From Kiritimatiellia bacterium (GTDB lineage Bacteria; Verrucomicrobiota; Kiritimatiellia; RFP12; UBA1067), in NCBI GenBank assembly GCA_045537795.1, contig JAZSQE010000016.1:16968-80967 (forward strand): 64,000 nt of DNA, in the 5' to 3' direction. Both the position numbers and the translations under genes were made by a program. This document shows, in pieces, positions 28,085 to 37,793 of this stretch (position 1 is its first letter; every line of letters starts with the position of its first letter). A model generated the notes under the pieces. The model worked only from the letters and a program-made list of their open reading frames with translations, ran no database searches and was not told where the DNA came from.

Positions 28085-28156
28085 ACGACGAAACGGATGT
28101 CCGGACCCGTGTGGGCCGGATATCGCGGCGAGTCAGGAAACAAGGAAGAAAAAGAA

Positions 28157-28882
28157 ATGCTGAAAGTCGAAAATCTCAAGAAGAACTTCGGCGCTTTTCA
28201 GGCGGTGAAGGGGATTTCCTTCTCCGTCTCGAAAGGCGAAGTGCTCGGGTTTCTCGGGCCTAACGGCGCTGGCAAGTCAACGACGATGCGCATGATCACA
28301 GGCTTCATTCCGCCGACGGCCGGAACTGCCTCGATCTGCGGGCACGACATAATCACCGATCCCGTCGCGGCGAAGGCGTCGTTCGGGTATCTGCCGGAAA
28401 ACGCGCCGAGCTACCGCTCGATGACCGTGGAGGATTTTCTCTCGTTCACGGCCGCGGTTCGCGGATTTCGCGGCAAGGCCGGCAGGGAGAAGGTCGAAGC
28501 GGTGATAGAAAAGGCGAAACTTTCCGGCGTGGCGAAACAGACGATAGAAACCCTCTCCAAGGGCTATCGCCAGCGCACCTGCTTCGCGCAGGCGATCATC
28601 CACGACCCGAAGGTGCTCATCATGGACGAGCCGACCGACGGGCTCGACCCGAACCAGAAGTTCGTCGTGCGCGAGATGATCAAGGAGATGTCGGCGGAGA
28701 AGGCGATCATCATCTCCACGCACATTCTCGAAGAGGTCGATGCCGTCTGCACCCGCGCGATCGTAATCGCCGGCGGTGAACTGAAAGCCGACGGCACGCC
28801 CGCCGAACTCAAAGCCATGGACCCCGGCGGCAGACTCGACAGGGTCTTCCGCAATCTCACGATGCAAGAGGAGACCAAGTGA
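28157..28882 (+). CDS. ABC transporter ATP-binding protein (GldA-like)
   Basis: GPNGAGKSTTMRMITG, LSKGYRQR, MDEPTDGLDPNQ, STHILEEV. Confidence 0.92.
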   Translation: MLKVENLKKNFGAFQAVKGISFSVSKGEVLGFLGPNGAGKSTTMRMITGFIPPTAGTASICGHDIITDPVAAKASFGYLPENAPSYRSMTVEDFLSFTAAVRGFRGKAGREKVEAVIEKAKLSGVAKQTIETLSKGYRQRTCFAQAIIHDPKVLIMDEPTDGLDPNQKFVVREMIKEMSAEKAIIISTHILEEVDAVCTRAIVIAGGELKADGTPAELKAMDPGGRLDRVFRNLTMQEETK

Positions 28883-29622
28883 TGTTAAAGAACGTAAAAA
28901 CCGTCTTCGCGCGCGAATTCAAGAGCTACTTCGACTCTCCCGTCGCGTATGTGTTTCTCGTGGCGTTTCTGGTGCTCACGGGATTTCTGACGTTCGCCGT
29001 GGCGATGTTCTACGAGCGCCGTCAGGCGGATCTCACGCCGTTCTTTTTCTGGCACCCGTGGGTGTATCTCCTTCTGGTGCCCGCTTCGACGATGGGTTCG
29101 TGGGCGGATGAGAGACGCAATGGCACGATCGAACTTCTTCTGACGCTGCCGATCACGCTCAGGGAGGCGCTCGTCGGCAAGTTTCTCGCCGCGTGGGCGT
29201 TCATCGCTCTCGCTCTCGCTTCGACGTTCCCGGTCGTCGTTACGACGGCGTGGCTGGGCGATCCTGACGCGGGGGCCGTTTTCTGCGGATACTTGGGCAG
29301 TTTTCTGCTGGCCGGAGCCGCGACGGCGATAGGCGTTTTCGCTTCATCCCTCTCCCGCAGCCAGGTGATCGGTTTCGTGACGGCGCTAGCGCTCATGTTC
29401 GCGATGCTCATAATCGGCTTCGATCCCGTGATCAATGCCGTTTCGGGCTGGGGCGTTCCCGGGGCGATAGTCGACGCGGTCGCGTCCTGCTCGCTTCTGT
29501 CGCACTTCGAATCGATGCGCCGCGGCGTTGTCGACTTCGCCGATATCGGCTATTACATCGGAGTTGTCGTGTTCATGCTGGCGGCGGCCGAGGTCGTCAC
29601 CGAAGGGCGCAAGGCGAACTGA
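28879..29622 (+). CDS. ABC-2 permease (GldF-like)
   Basis: REFKSYFDSPVAY, WADERRNGTIELLLTLP, GKFLA; multiple TM helices. Confidence 0.9.
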   Translation: MMLKNVKTVFAREFKSYFDSPVAYVFLVAFLVLTGFLTFAVAMFYERRQADLTPFFFWHPWVYLLLVPASTMGSWADERRNGTIELLLTLPITLREALVGKFLAAWAFIALALASTFPVVVTTAWLGDPDAGAVFCGYLGSFLLAGAATAIGVFASSLSRSQVIGFVTALALMFAMLIIGFDPVINAVSGWGVPGAIVDAVASCSLLSHFESMRRGVVDFADIGYYIGVVVFMLAAAEVVTEGRKAN

Positions 29623-29661
29623 CGAGCGTCAAAACCAACAAGTTTGAAAGGATTTAATACA

Positions 29662-31530
29662 ATGAACGGTAAAATGAAAGGTGTCGTCGCGCTTGCGCTT
29701 CTCGCGGCGGTCATCGGCGCGGCGAATCTCATTCTCTCCAATCTGCCGCTCAGAATCGACATGACGGCGGAGAAGCTTTACACGCTCTCCGACGGCTCCA
29801 AGGCTGTTCTCTCGAAGCTTGAGGAGGATGTGACGCTTAAGTTGTACTTCTCGCAGTCGTCCGAAGAGATGCCCATGGCGCTCAAGACGTACGCGCAGCA
29901 GGTCAAGAATCTCATAAAGGAATACGCCCTCGCCGGGGGCGGGCGTGTGGTTCTCGAGGCCTACGATCCGAAGCCCGATTCGGATGCCGAGGAGTGGGCG
30001 CAGCGTTACGGCGTCGAGCCGCAGAACGTCACGCCTTTCGGGCAGAGCGTTTATTTCGGTCTCGTCGCGGTGTGCGGCGACCGTGAAGAGACGCTGAGCG
30101 CGATTTCGCCTGCGATGGAGTCTACTCTTGAATACGACATTACCCGTCTCATCACGCGCGTGGCGTGGCCGGAGCGCCCCGTCATCGGTGTGATGACCTC
30201 TCTTCAGGGGGTTCTCGGCCGGATGCCCGATCAGATGATGATGATGCAGGGGCAGAGGCCCGACCCCGGCTGGGCGGCGTTCTCGGAACTCAAGAAAGAC
30301 TACGACGTGAGACCCGTCGACGCGTCGGCGGAGAAGATCGACGACGACATCAAGACGCTCGTCCTCGTCCATGCGAAGAATCTCACCGAAAAGACCCTCT
30401 TCGCGATCGATCAGTTCGTCATGCGCGGCGGGCGTCTTATCGCGTGTGTCGACCCGATGAGCGTGATGGATTTGATATCTTCCCGCCAGGGGCAGAATCC
30501 GATGATGGGGCAGGCTCCGCAGGACGGTCCTTCCACGCTCGGCTCGCTGTTCGGCGCGTGGGGGATTTCGTTCGACACTTCGAAGGTGACGTGCGATCTC
30601 GCCGCCGCGACGAAACTCAATGTCGGTCAGGGCCGCGCGGAAGACAATCCCGCCTTTCTTTCTCTCGACAAGGCCAATGTCGCGCCGGACGATCTCGTCG
30701 TGGGTTCTCTTACGCAGGTGATGCTGCCGTTCGCGGGTGCGCTCGACATCAAGGCCGTAGACGCTCTCGAAGTGAAGCCTCTTCTTTTCACGTCGAAGGA
30801 GCATTCGTGCGAAGTGCCGAGACAGAGCGCGCAGTTCGGCATGGGGGCGATGACAGGTTCGCTCGTCAGCGACGGCAGGAGCCGCGTTCTCGCCGTGAGG
30901 ATTACCGGCGAATTCAAGACGGCTTACCCCGTCGGGCCCGATTTCAAGGAAGGATCGACGAACGCTCCTCCCGCCGTCGTCAAGAGCGGCAAGGGCGCCG
31001 TCGTCGTCTTCGCCGATTCCGACTTTCTCGCCGATCAGTTCTGCGTCAGAGTGTCGAACACGATTTTCGGCCGTGTCGTCCAGCCGATCAACGACAACCT
31101 CGTTCTTTTCGCGAACATCATCGAACAGTACGCCGGGCGCGAGGAACTCATCGGCGTCAGATCGCGCGGCGCGTCGAACCGTCCTTTCATCAAGGTCGAC
31201 GAACTTGAAGCGAAGGCGATGTCCAAGTGGCAGCAGAAGCAGGTCGAGCTCGAGGGGGCCCTCAGAGACACACAGCAGCGTCTTGCCGAGCTCCAGAAAG
31301 GCAAGAGCGGAGGAGAGCGGATGCTTCTCTCCCGCGAGCAGCAGGAGGAAATCGTCAAGTTCCGCAAGATACAGGCCGATACGCGCCGTCAGCTCAAGGA
31401 CGTGCGCAAAGAGCTTACCTCCGACATCGACGCTTTGGGGACACTCCTCAAGACCGTCAATATCGTCCTTATGCCGGTGCTGATCGCGGCGCTCGGCATC
31501 TGGTACGGACTGCGTCGCCGCCGCCGCTGA
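29662..31530 (+). CDS. GldG-family ABC-associated periplasmic protein
   Basis: RIDMTAEKLYTLSDGS, LEYDITRLI, AIDQFVMRGG, VFADSDFL; N- and C-terminal TM helices. Confidence 0.9.
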   Translation: MNGKMKGVVALALLAAVIGAANLILSNLPLRIDMTAEKLYTLSDGSKAVLSKLEEDVTLKLYFSQSSEEMPMALKTYAQQVKNLIKEYALAGGGRVVLEAYDPKPDSDAEEWAQRYGVEPQNVTPFGQSVYFGLVAVCGDREETLSAISPAMESTLEYDITRLITRVAWPERPVIGVMTSLQGVLGRMPDQMMMMQGQRPDPGWAAFSELKKDYDVRPVDASAEKIDDDIKTLVLVHAKNLTEKTLFAIDQFVMRGGRLIACVDPMSVMDLISSRQGQNPMMGQAPQDGPSTLGSLFGAWGISFDTSKVTCDLAAATKLNVGQGRAEDNPAFLSLDKANVAPDDLVVGSLTQVMLPFAGALDIKAVDALEVKPLLFTSKEHSCEVPRQSAQFGMGAMTGSLVSDGRSRVLAVRITGEFKTAYPVGPDFKEGSTNAPPAVVKSGKGAVVVFADSDFLADQFCVRVSNTIFGRVVQPINDNLVLFANIIEQYAGREELIGVRSRGASNRPFIKVDELEAKAMSKWQQKQVELEGALRDTQQRLAELQKGKSGGERMLLSREQQEEIVKFRKIQADTRRQLKDVRKELTSDIDALGTLLKTVNIVLMPVLIAALGIWYGLRRRRR

Positions 31531-31552
31531 TCAAACGAAAGGATATTCTGTC

Positions 31553-32599
31553 ATGACAACGAAAAGTCTCTTGATTCTCGCAGGTACCGCCGCCGTACTC
31601 GGAGCCGGAGCCTGGTTCACGTCCTCCGGCTCGCGCGTGCGAGCGCCCGCGCTCAACGGCAAGCGCGTCGTTGCGGATTTCAACGTCGCCGACGTGGCAT
31701 GCGTCGAAATCGCCGGCAAGATGAAAGTCTCGGCCGGTGAAAAGGGCTGGACGCTCGACACGAAATATTCCTATCCCGCTTCGGTGGACAAGATCCGAGA
31801 AAACGTGCTCAAGCTCCACGACCTCAAGATCGGGCAGGTGGCGCGCGGACGCAAGACGGGCGCGATCGTCAAAGTGGAGGTCAAAGACGCTTCGGGCAAG
31901 GCTCTCGCCGCCGTGGAGCTCGGCGACAAACGCTTGTCGAAACCTCGCGGACAGATGGCGATGTTCGGCGGAGGATATCCCGACGCGCGGTATCTGAAAT
32001 TCGGGGGTGAGACGGTTCTCGTGAAGGACCCTCTGACGGCGTTCGACGGAGATTTCAGGCAGTGGGTCGACACGCGCATCTGCGAAGTGCCGTCGGCGGA
32101 TGTCACGGCCGTCTCGTTCTCGTCCGGCAAGGAGAAGCCTCTCGAACTTCTCAAGAAGGATTCTTCCTGGACGCTTTCGGGGCTTTCTCCGAAGGAGGAA
32201 CTGGATGCTTCCAAGACGTATTCGCTCGACAGCGCTCTTTCGTATCTCGACTTTACCGACATTGCCGATCCCGCGCTTACCGAAGCCGAGCTCGGATTCG
32301 CGACGGGCGCCGTTTACACGGTCTCGCTCGGCGACGGGAGAAGCTACACGGCGAAGATCGGCGCCGCGGCGCCGGGCGGGAGCGAGCGTTATTTCAAGAT
32401 TTCGTCGTCGTTCAGACCTGCGGGCACCAACGCCGCGGAAAACGCCGCCATCGAGAAAGGTGTCGCCGCGTTCAACGCGCGCGTTTCGAAATGGACCTAC
32501 CTCGTCGCTTCCTACAGCGCAGGACAGATGATCAAGACCCGCAAGGATCTCGTCAAGGCCAAGGAAGAGCCGAAGAAGGACGACGCCAGGAAGAAATAA
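31553..32599 (+). CDS. DUF4340-like membrane-anchored protein
   Basis: N-terminal TM; W..YPA...; position after GldG is typical of this family. Confidence 0.7.
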   Translation: MTTKSLLILAGTAAVLGAGAWFTSSGSRVRAPALNGKRVVADFNVADVACVEIAGKMKVSAGEKGWTLDTKYSYPASVDKIRENVLKLHDLKIGQVARGRKTGAIVKVEVKDASGKALAAVELGDKRLSKPRGQMAMFGGGYPDARYLKFGGETVLVKDPLTAFDGDFRQWVDTRICEVPSADVTAVSFSSGKEKPLELLKKDSSWTLSGLSPKEELDASKTYSLDSALSYLDFTDIADPALTEAELGFATGAVYTVSLGDGRSYTAKIGAAAPGGSERYFKISSSFRPAGTNAAENAAIEKGVAAFNARVSKWTYLVASYSAGQMIKTRKDLVKAKEEPKKDDARKK

Positions 32600-32617
32600 C
32601 CGGTATATCCGCGGCGG

Positions 32618-33814
32618 ATGAGCGGAGAATCGAATTGCAGCTGTGACTGCGGACGTTGCGCGCGCAAGACGGCCTGTCCTGCGCGCACGGCGTCGCTTCG
32701 GGCGCCCGTGACGCTCTCCGGAGGAGGCGTCTTCGGTTCTTCCCGCACCGACCGCGGTTTCGCTTTCGCGGCAGATGTCGGCAGCACCACTCTCGCGCTC
32801 GGCGTGTACGATTTGGCTACCGGCGAAGAACTTGCGGCGGGAGGTGCGCGCAATCCGCAGGCCGATGTCGCCGTCGATATCGTCGGACGCATTGTCGCGG
32901 CCGGTTCGCCCGACGGATTGTCGCGCATGAAAAGTCTTGTCTCGGATGCGCTCGCGGAACTTCTCGCGCGCACGTGCGGCAATGCCGGGATCTCCCCGCG
33001 GGACATGTCAGACGGGGTTGTCACCGGCAACACGCTCATGCTTCATCTGCTTACAGGACGTTCGCCGGCGGCGCTCGCCCGCGCTCCGTTCAAAGCGGAC
33101 TGGCTCGCCGGGTGCGAAGAAACCGTCTGCGGATGCAGGGTTCTGCTCCCGCCGGCGATCGGAGCGTTTGCCGGAGCGGATCTTACGTGCGCGATGATAT
33201 CGGCGGCGTTCGATGCGCCGGGGCCTGTTTCTCTTTTGCTCGATATCGGCACGAACGCCGAAATCGCATTGCGTTCGAATTCGCTCGTTTACGTGGCCAG
33301 CGCGGCTGCGGGAAGCGCTTTTGAAGGCGTAGGGGACGGATCTGTCGGGTCGGAACTCATCAAAGCGGTGGCGGCATACGTTCGCGGCGGAGAAATAGCG
33401 CCTTCAGGCATCCCGGTTTCGCGGAGTCTGCCTCTGCGAAACGGCGGGACGCTTTCGCCGCAGGACATATCCGCGATTCAGACGGCGAAGGCCGCGGTGG
33501 CCGCGGGGGTGTCCGTTATCCTCGAATCGGCGGGGGTGGAAGAGTCGCAGATAGAAGAGGTGTTTCTCGCGGGCGGATTCGGCTGCGCCCTCGATGCAGA
33601 CGACGCCGTCGATCTCGGCATGCTCCCTCGTGTGCCGGGAGTGAAGACGCTGTCGATGGGCAACGCGGCTCTTACGGGGGCGGCGCAGATCCTTCTGCAT
33701 CCCGGCAAGCGGGCGGCGGCGTCGGACCTCGCCGCGCGCGCGCGCGTCGTCCGGCTTGGCGGCGAAGACGTTTTTTCGAAACGATTCATCGACATGCTGC
33801 CTTTCCGGAGCTGA
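32618..33814 (+). CDS. ASKHA/DUF4445 (RACo/RamA-like) ATP-dependent activator, shortened
   Basis: ADVGSTT, NPQ, GNTLMLHLL, FAGAD, LDIGTNAEI, AGSAFEG, QTAKAA, LAGGFG, GNAALTGA. Confidence 0.82.
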   Translation: MSGESNCSCDCGRCARKTACPARTASLRAPVTLSGGGVFGSSRTDRGFAFAADVGSTTLALGVYDLATGEELAAGGARNPQADVAVDIVGRIVAAGSPDGLSRMKSLVSDALAELLARTCGNAGISPRDMSDGVVTGNTLMLHLLTGRSPAALARAPFKADWLAGCEETVCGCRVLLPPAIGAFAGADLTCAMISAAFDAPGPVSLLLDIGTNAEIALRSNSLVYVASAAAGSAFEGVGDGSVGSELIKAVAAYVRGGEIAPSGIPVSRSLPLRNGGTLSPQDISAIQTAKAAVAAGVSVILESAGVEESQIEEVFLAGGFGCALDADDAVDLGMLPRVPGVKTLSMGNAALTGAAQILLHPGKRAAASDLAARARVVRLGGEDVFSKRFIDMLPFRS

Positions 33815-33885
33815 TCTCAGCACGGTCGCCGCGTTGCGTTTTTTGCCCATGAGTCCCCCGGCGAATATGATATAATATAAGTATC

Positions 33886-35598
33886 ATGAAATGGACCAAA
33901 ACGCTCATACAGACGCTGCGTGAAAATCCGCAGGACGCCGAAATCGATTCGCACAAGCTTTTGATGCGCGCGGGGCTTTGCCGCAAGACCGCCGCCGGGC
34001 TTTTCACTTTCATGCCGCTGGGGATGCGCTCGCTCAAAAAGATTGAGGATATCGTGCGCGAAGAGATGGATGCGGCGGGTGCCAACGAAATACTCATGCC
34101 CGCGCTTCAGCCCTCCGAACTGTGGCGCAAGACCGGCCGCTGGGACTCGATGGGCGCGAACATGTTTCGCCTCAAGGACCGTGCCGAACACGAGTTCGCC
34201 ATGGGGCCGACGGCCGAAGAGGAAGTGACCGATCTCATGACGAACGTCATTTCGTCCTACCGTCAACTGCCGCTCAACGTCTATCAGATCCAGACGAAAT
34301 TCCGCGACGAGACGCGTCCGCGCTTCGGCCTCATGCGCTCGAAGGAATTCATCATGAAAGACGGCTACAGTTTCGATGTCGACGCCGAGGCCGCAGACAA
34401 GACTTATTGGACGATGTACCACGCGTACGAGCGCATTTTCGCGCGATGCGGTCTCAAGGCCACGCCCGTTTCCGCCGACGGCGGCGATATGGGCGACTCC
34501 ATGACGCATGAATTCCATGCGCTCGCCGACGCTGGCGAGGACGCGATCGCGTTCTGCGACGGCTGCGGATACGCGGCGAACACCGAAAAAGCCGAGCGCG
34601 TCGCGAAGGGCGTTTTCGAAAAGGTCGATTCTCCCGCCGAAGAGGTGGCGACTCCGGGCGCCAAAACGATCGCCGAAGTCGCCTCTTTCATGAACCTCCC
34701 CGCGGACGCTTTCGTCAAGTCTCTTGTCTACGTCGCTGACGGCGAATGCGTGATGGTGTGCGTGCCGGGCGACCGCGACGTCAACGAAGTGAAACTCAAA
34801 CGCCGTCTCGGCGCGAAGACTCTCGAAATGGCCGATTATGCGACCGTAAGGGAAGTGACCGGCGCTGGTGTCGGTTCGGTCGGGCCCGTCAATCCTCTCA
34901 AGGCCGACATCCGCATCGTCGCCGACTCTTCGCTCGAAGGTGCGTCGGGTCGCATCGTCGGCGCGAACAAAGACGATTATCATCTCAAGAATGTCGATTT
35001 CGCGCGCGACGCGAAAATCGCGATTTACGCCGATATCGTCGTGGTGCGCGACGGCGATGTCTGTGCGAAATGCGGCAAGACGATTTCTCTCAAACGCGGC
35101 ATTGAAGTGGGGCAGGTCTTCAAACTCGGGACGAAATATTCGAAGGCGTTCAATACCGTCTACAAGGACGAGAACGCCGTCGAAACGCTCTGCATCATGG
35201 GATGCTACGGCGTTGGAGTCACGCGCACGCTTCAGGCCGTCATCGAACAGAGCCACGATAAGGACGGCATCGTTTGGCCCGCGTCGGTAGCGCCGTATCA
35301 GGTCGTCATCGAAAATCTCGATCCGGCCGTTGAAGAGGTGACGAAGGTCGCCGACGATCTCGAGGCGGCGCTTGAGGCGAAGGGCATAGACGTTATCGTC
35401 GACGATCGCGAAGAGCGGCCCGGCGTCAAGTTCAAAGACGCCGATCTCATCGGCTTTCCTGTCAGGGTCGTCGTGGGCGCGAAGGGGCTCGCGAACGGCG
35501 GCGTTGAAGTGAAACGCCGCGCCGACGACAAGTCGAAGACGAAGATTGTTCCCGTGGCCGAAGCGGCGGAAGCGGTCGCCGTGGTGCTGGCGCAATAA
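33886..35598 (+). CDS. proS: Proline--tRNA ligase (bacterial type with INS editing domain)
   Basis: SHKLLMRAG, GPTAEE, QTKFRDETRPRFGLMRSKEFIMKDGYSF, GIEVGQVFKLGTKYS, MGCYGVG. TGATATAAT at 33868-33876. Confidence 0.98.
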   Translation: MKWTKTLIQTLRENPQDAEIDSHKLLMRAGLCRKTAAGLFTFMPLGMRSLKKIEDIVREEMDAAGANEILMPALQPSELWRKTGRWDSMGANMFRLKDRAEHEFAMGPTAEEEVTDLMTNVISSYRQLPLNVYQIQTKFRDETRPRFGLMRSKEFIMKDGYSFDVDAEAADKTYWTMYHAYERIFARCGLKATPVSADGGDMGDSMTHEFHALADAGEDAIAFCDGCGYAANTEKAERVAKGVFEKVDSPAEEVATPGAKTIAEVASFMNLPADAFVKSLVYVADGECVMVCVPGDRDVNEVKLKRRLGAKTLEMADYATVREVTGAGVGSVGPVNPLKADIRIVADSSLEGASGRIVGANKDDYHLKNVDFARDAKIAIYADIVVVRDGDVCAKCGKTISLKRGIEVGQVFKLGTKYSKAFNTVYKDENAVETLCIMGCYGVGVTRTLQAVIEQSHDKDGIVWPASVAPYQVVIENLDPAVEEVTKVADDLEAALEAKGIDVIVDDREERPGVKFKDADLIGFPVRVVVGAKGLANGGVEVKRRADDKSKTKIVPVAEAAEAVAVVLAQ

Positions 35599-35611
35599 GA
35601 TGGGAGGGGGT

Positions 35612-37081
35612 ATGGCAGTTCTTCTGGGCGGGATACTGTTTCTCGTTCTCGGGTATTTTCTCTACGGCGCTTTCGTGGAGAAAATCCTGAACCCCGACGA
35701 CAGGGCAACACCTGCCGTGGCCAATCCTGACGGGGTCGACTACGTGCCCCTTGCCAAGTGGAAGAATATGCTTATCCAGCTTCTCAACATCGCGGGCGTC
35801 GGTCCCGTGATCGGAGTGATAGCGGGGATAAAATTCGGAAAAATCGCGCTTTTCATCATCCCCGTGGGTTGCATTTTTCTCGGCGCCGTGCACGATTTCG
35901 TCGGCGGGATGATGTCGCTTCGGTCGAACGGCGCGAATCTGCCCAAGATGATCCGAGATCATCTCGGGCAGGGTTATGCGGCCGTTTTTTCATGGATGAT
36001 GCTCGTTCTTCTTCTTCTGGTTGTCGCCGTTTTCATCAATGTTCCGGCCAATCTCATCGACCGCGGCGTTTTTCCCGGGATGAATTTCTTCTGGTGGGCG
36101 GTCGTGATCATATTCGCCTATTACATCGTCGCGACGCTTTTTCCCGTGGATAAGATAATCGGCAGCATCTATCCCGTGTTCGGACTTTTTCTGATCGTCG
36201 GGTCGGTCGCGATTTTCTGCGCGCTTCTTTTCTGCGCTTTCAAGGATCCCGCGATTCTCGGCGAGAGCGAAGCGTTTCTCGAATTCCGGGAGAACGTTTT
36301 CGACAAGGACGGCTGCAGTCCCGTTTTTCCGCTTCTTTTCGTCACTATCGCCTGCGGCATCATCTCGGGCTTTCACGCGACGCAGTCGCCGATAGTCGCG
36401 CGCACCATGAAATCCGAGCGTGAGGCGCGGATCACCTTTTACGGCATGATGACGGCCGAGGGCGTTATAGCGATGATCTGGGCCGCGGCGGGGCTTGCCA
36501 TATACAATATCGCTCCCGAAAACCTCTCTCTCTCGCCTGCCGCCGTCCTCGGCAACATTACGTCGAGATTCCTCGGGCCGTGGATGGGCGCCGTCACCGT
36601 TTTCGCGATCGTCATTCTGGCGATAACGAGCGGAGATACCGCCTTGAGAAGCGCGAGGTTGAGTCTCTCGGAAATGTTAGGTATCGACCAGAAGCGGATC
36701 GTTTTGCGTTTTGTGATATGCGTGCCGCTCATTATATGCGTGTCGCTGCTTCTGTGGTGGTCGAATTCCAGCGCGAAAAGTTTCGCGCACCTCTGGAATT
36801 ATTTCGCGTGGGGCAATCAGATGCTCTCCGCCTCGACTTTGATGGCCGCCAGCGTGTGGCTTCTCAAGGGCGGCAAGGGCGTGAAAGTTCTCGTGGCGCT
36901 TTTGCCCGGGATGTTCATGACCAGTGTGGTCACGACGTTCATACTCTGGACTTCAGTCGACAAGGGTGGTCCCTGGGGGATAGTCCCCGGCGGGCTTTCG
37001 CTCGGCGTTTCGATCGCGCTGTCCGCGGTTGCGGCGCTCGCTTTCGCCGCGTTCGTTTTCAAAAGAGCCCGTTGCCGATAA
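35612..37081 (+). CDS. Carbon starvation CstA-family transporter
   Basis: DGVDYVP, QLLNIAGVGP, GAVHDF, TIACGIISGFHATQSP, TSGDTALRSARL. GGAGG RBS. Confidence 0.92.
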   Translation: MAVLLGGILFLVLGYFLYGAFVEKILNPDDRATPAVANPDGVDYVPLAKWKNMLIQLLNIAGVGPVIGVIAGIKFGKIALFIIPVGCIFLGAVHDFVGGMMSLRSNGANLPKMIRDHLGQGYAAVFSWMMLVLLLLVVAVFINVPANLIDRGVFPGMNFFWWAVVIIFAYYIVATLFPVDKIIGSIYPVFGLFLIVGSVAIFCALLFCAFKDPAILGESEAFLEFRENVFDKDGCSPVFPLLFVTIACGIISGFHATQSPIVARTMKSEREARITFYGMMTAEGVIAMIWAAAGLAIYNIAPENLSLSPAAVLGNITSRFLGPWMGAVTVFAIVILAITSGDTALRSARLSLSEMLGIDQKRIVLRFVICVPLIICVSLLLWWSNSSAKSFAHLWNYFAWGNQMLSASTLMAASVWLLKGGKGVKVLVALLPGMFMTSVVTTFILWTSVDKGGPWGIVPGGLSLGVSIALSAVAALAFAAFVFKRARCR

Positions 37082-37098
37082 GATTTTCCGGAGATTGT

Positions 37099-37136
37099 AA
37101 AAAAAAGAACCGGGCCGTCAAAGCCCGGTTCTTTTT
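37099..37136. terminator. Bidirectional intrinsic terminator between the cstA-like gene and rplT
   Basis: AAAAAGAACCGGGC-7 nt loop-GCCCGGTTCTTTTT, with A and T tails, between convergent genes. Confidence 0.88.
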
Positions 37137-37154
37137 CGTTTCTGCGCTGACGCC

Positions 37155-37502
37155 TTACGCGTTCTTTGCGATCTCTACGATGGCCTTGAAGCCGGCGGGA
37201 TCCTGAATCGCGATCTCGGAGAGCATCTTGCGGTTGAGCGTCACGCCCGCCTTGGTGAGACCGGCGATGAATTTCGAGTAGCTCATGCCTTCGGCGCGGG
37301 TCGCCGCGTTGATGCGGGCGATCCAAAGCTGACGGAAATCGCGTTTTTTGAGCTTGCGGTGCTCGGTCGAAAGGCGCATGGCGCGATCGACGGCCTCGGT
37401 GGCGATACGGAAAAGTTTGCTGCGGCTGCCGCGGAAACCTTTCGCCAACTCAAGACGGCGACGGCGACGTTCGCGGGAAGCGGGTGCATTTGTAACACGC
37501 AT
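37155..37502 (-). CDS. rplT: 50S ribosomal protein L20
   Basis: AKGFRGSRSKLFR, KKRDFRQLWIARINAA, SYSKFI, LNRKMLSEIA. Confidence 0.98.
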   Translation of the reverse strand: MRVTNAPASRERRRRRLELAKGFRGSRSKLFRIATEAVDRAMRLSTEHRKLKKRDFRQLWIARINAATRAEGMSYSKFIAGLTKAGVTLNRKMLSEIAIQDPAGFKAIVEIAKNA

Positions 37503-37520
37503 TGTTATTACCTCCTTGTA

Positions 37521-37718
37521 TTAGCGACCCTGAAGCGCACGCGCGTAGGTCTTGGTGATGGATTTGTCGGCAACGGTCGTGCCGCGGAGGTTGCGCTTGC
37601 GGGAACGAGTCTTCCCGTTGTTGAGGTGGGCCTTGCCACCCTGCGAGCGTATTACCTTGCCCGTGGCCGACGTTTTCATGCGCTTGACCGCGCACTTTTT
37701 GGTTTTCATCTTAGGCAT
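37521..37718 (-). CDS. rpmI: 50S ribosomal protein L35
   Basis: MPKMKTKK..VKRMKTSATGKV...H; directly upstream of rplT. Confidence 0.95.
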   Translation of the reverse strand: MPKMKTKKCAVKRMKTSATGKVIRSQGGKAHLNNGKTRSRKRNLRGTTVADKSITKTYARALQGR

Positions 37719-37793
37719 TTTTCTGTTCCTTTGTTTTCTTCCTTACCGTTCGGGCAGTCGGTTATTCGCCCGATCCAGACGGAATGAACGCGT

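Noticed and set aside
33817-35595. 592-aa ORF antisense to proS
   Set aside because: Codon-bias shadow of a highly conserved gene.
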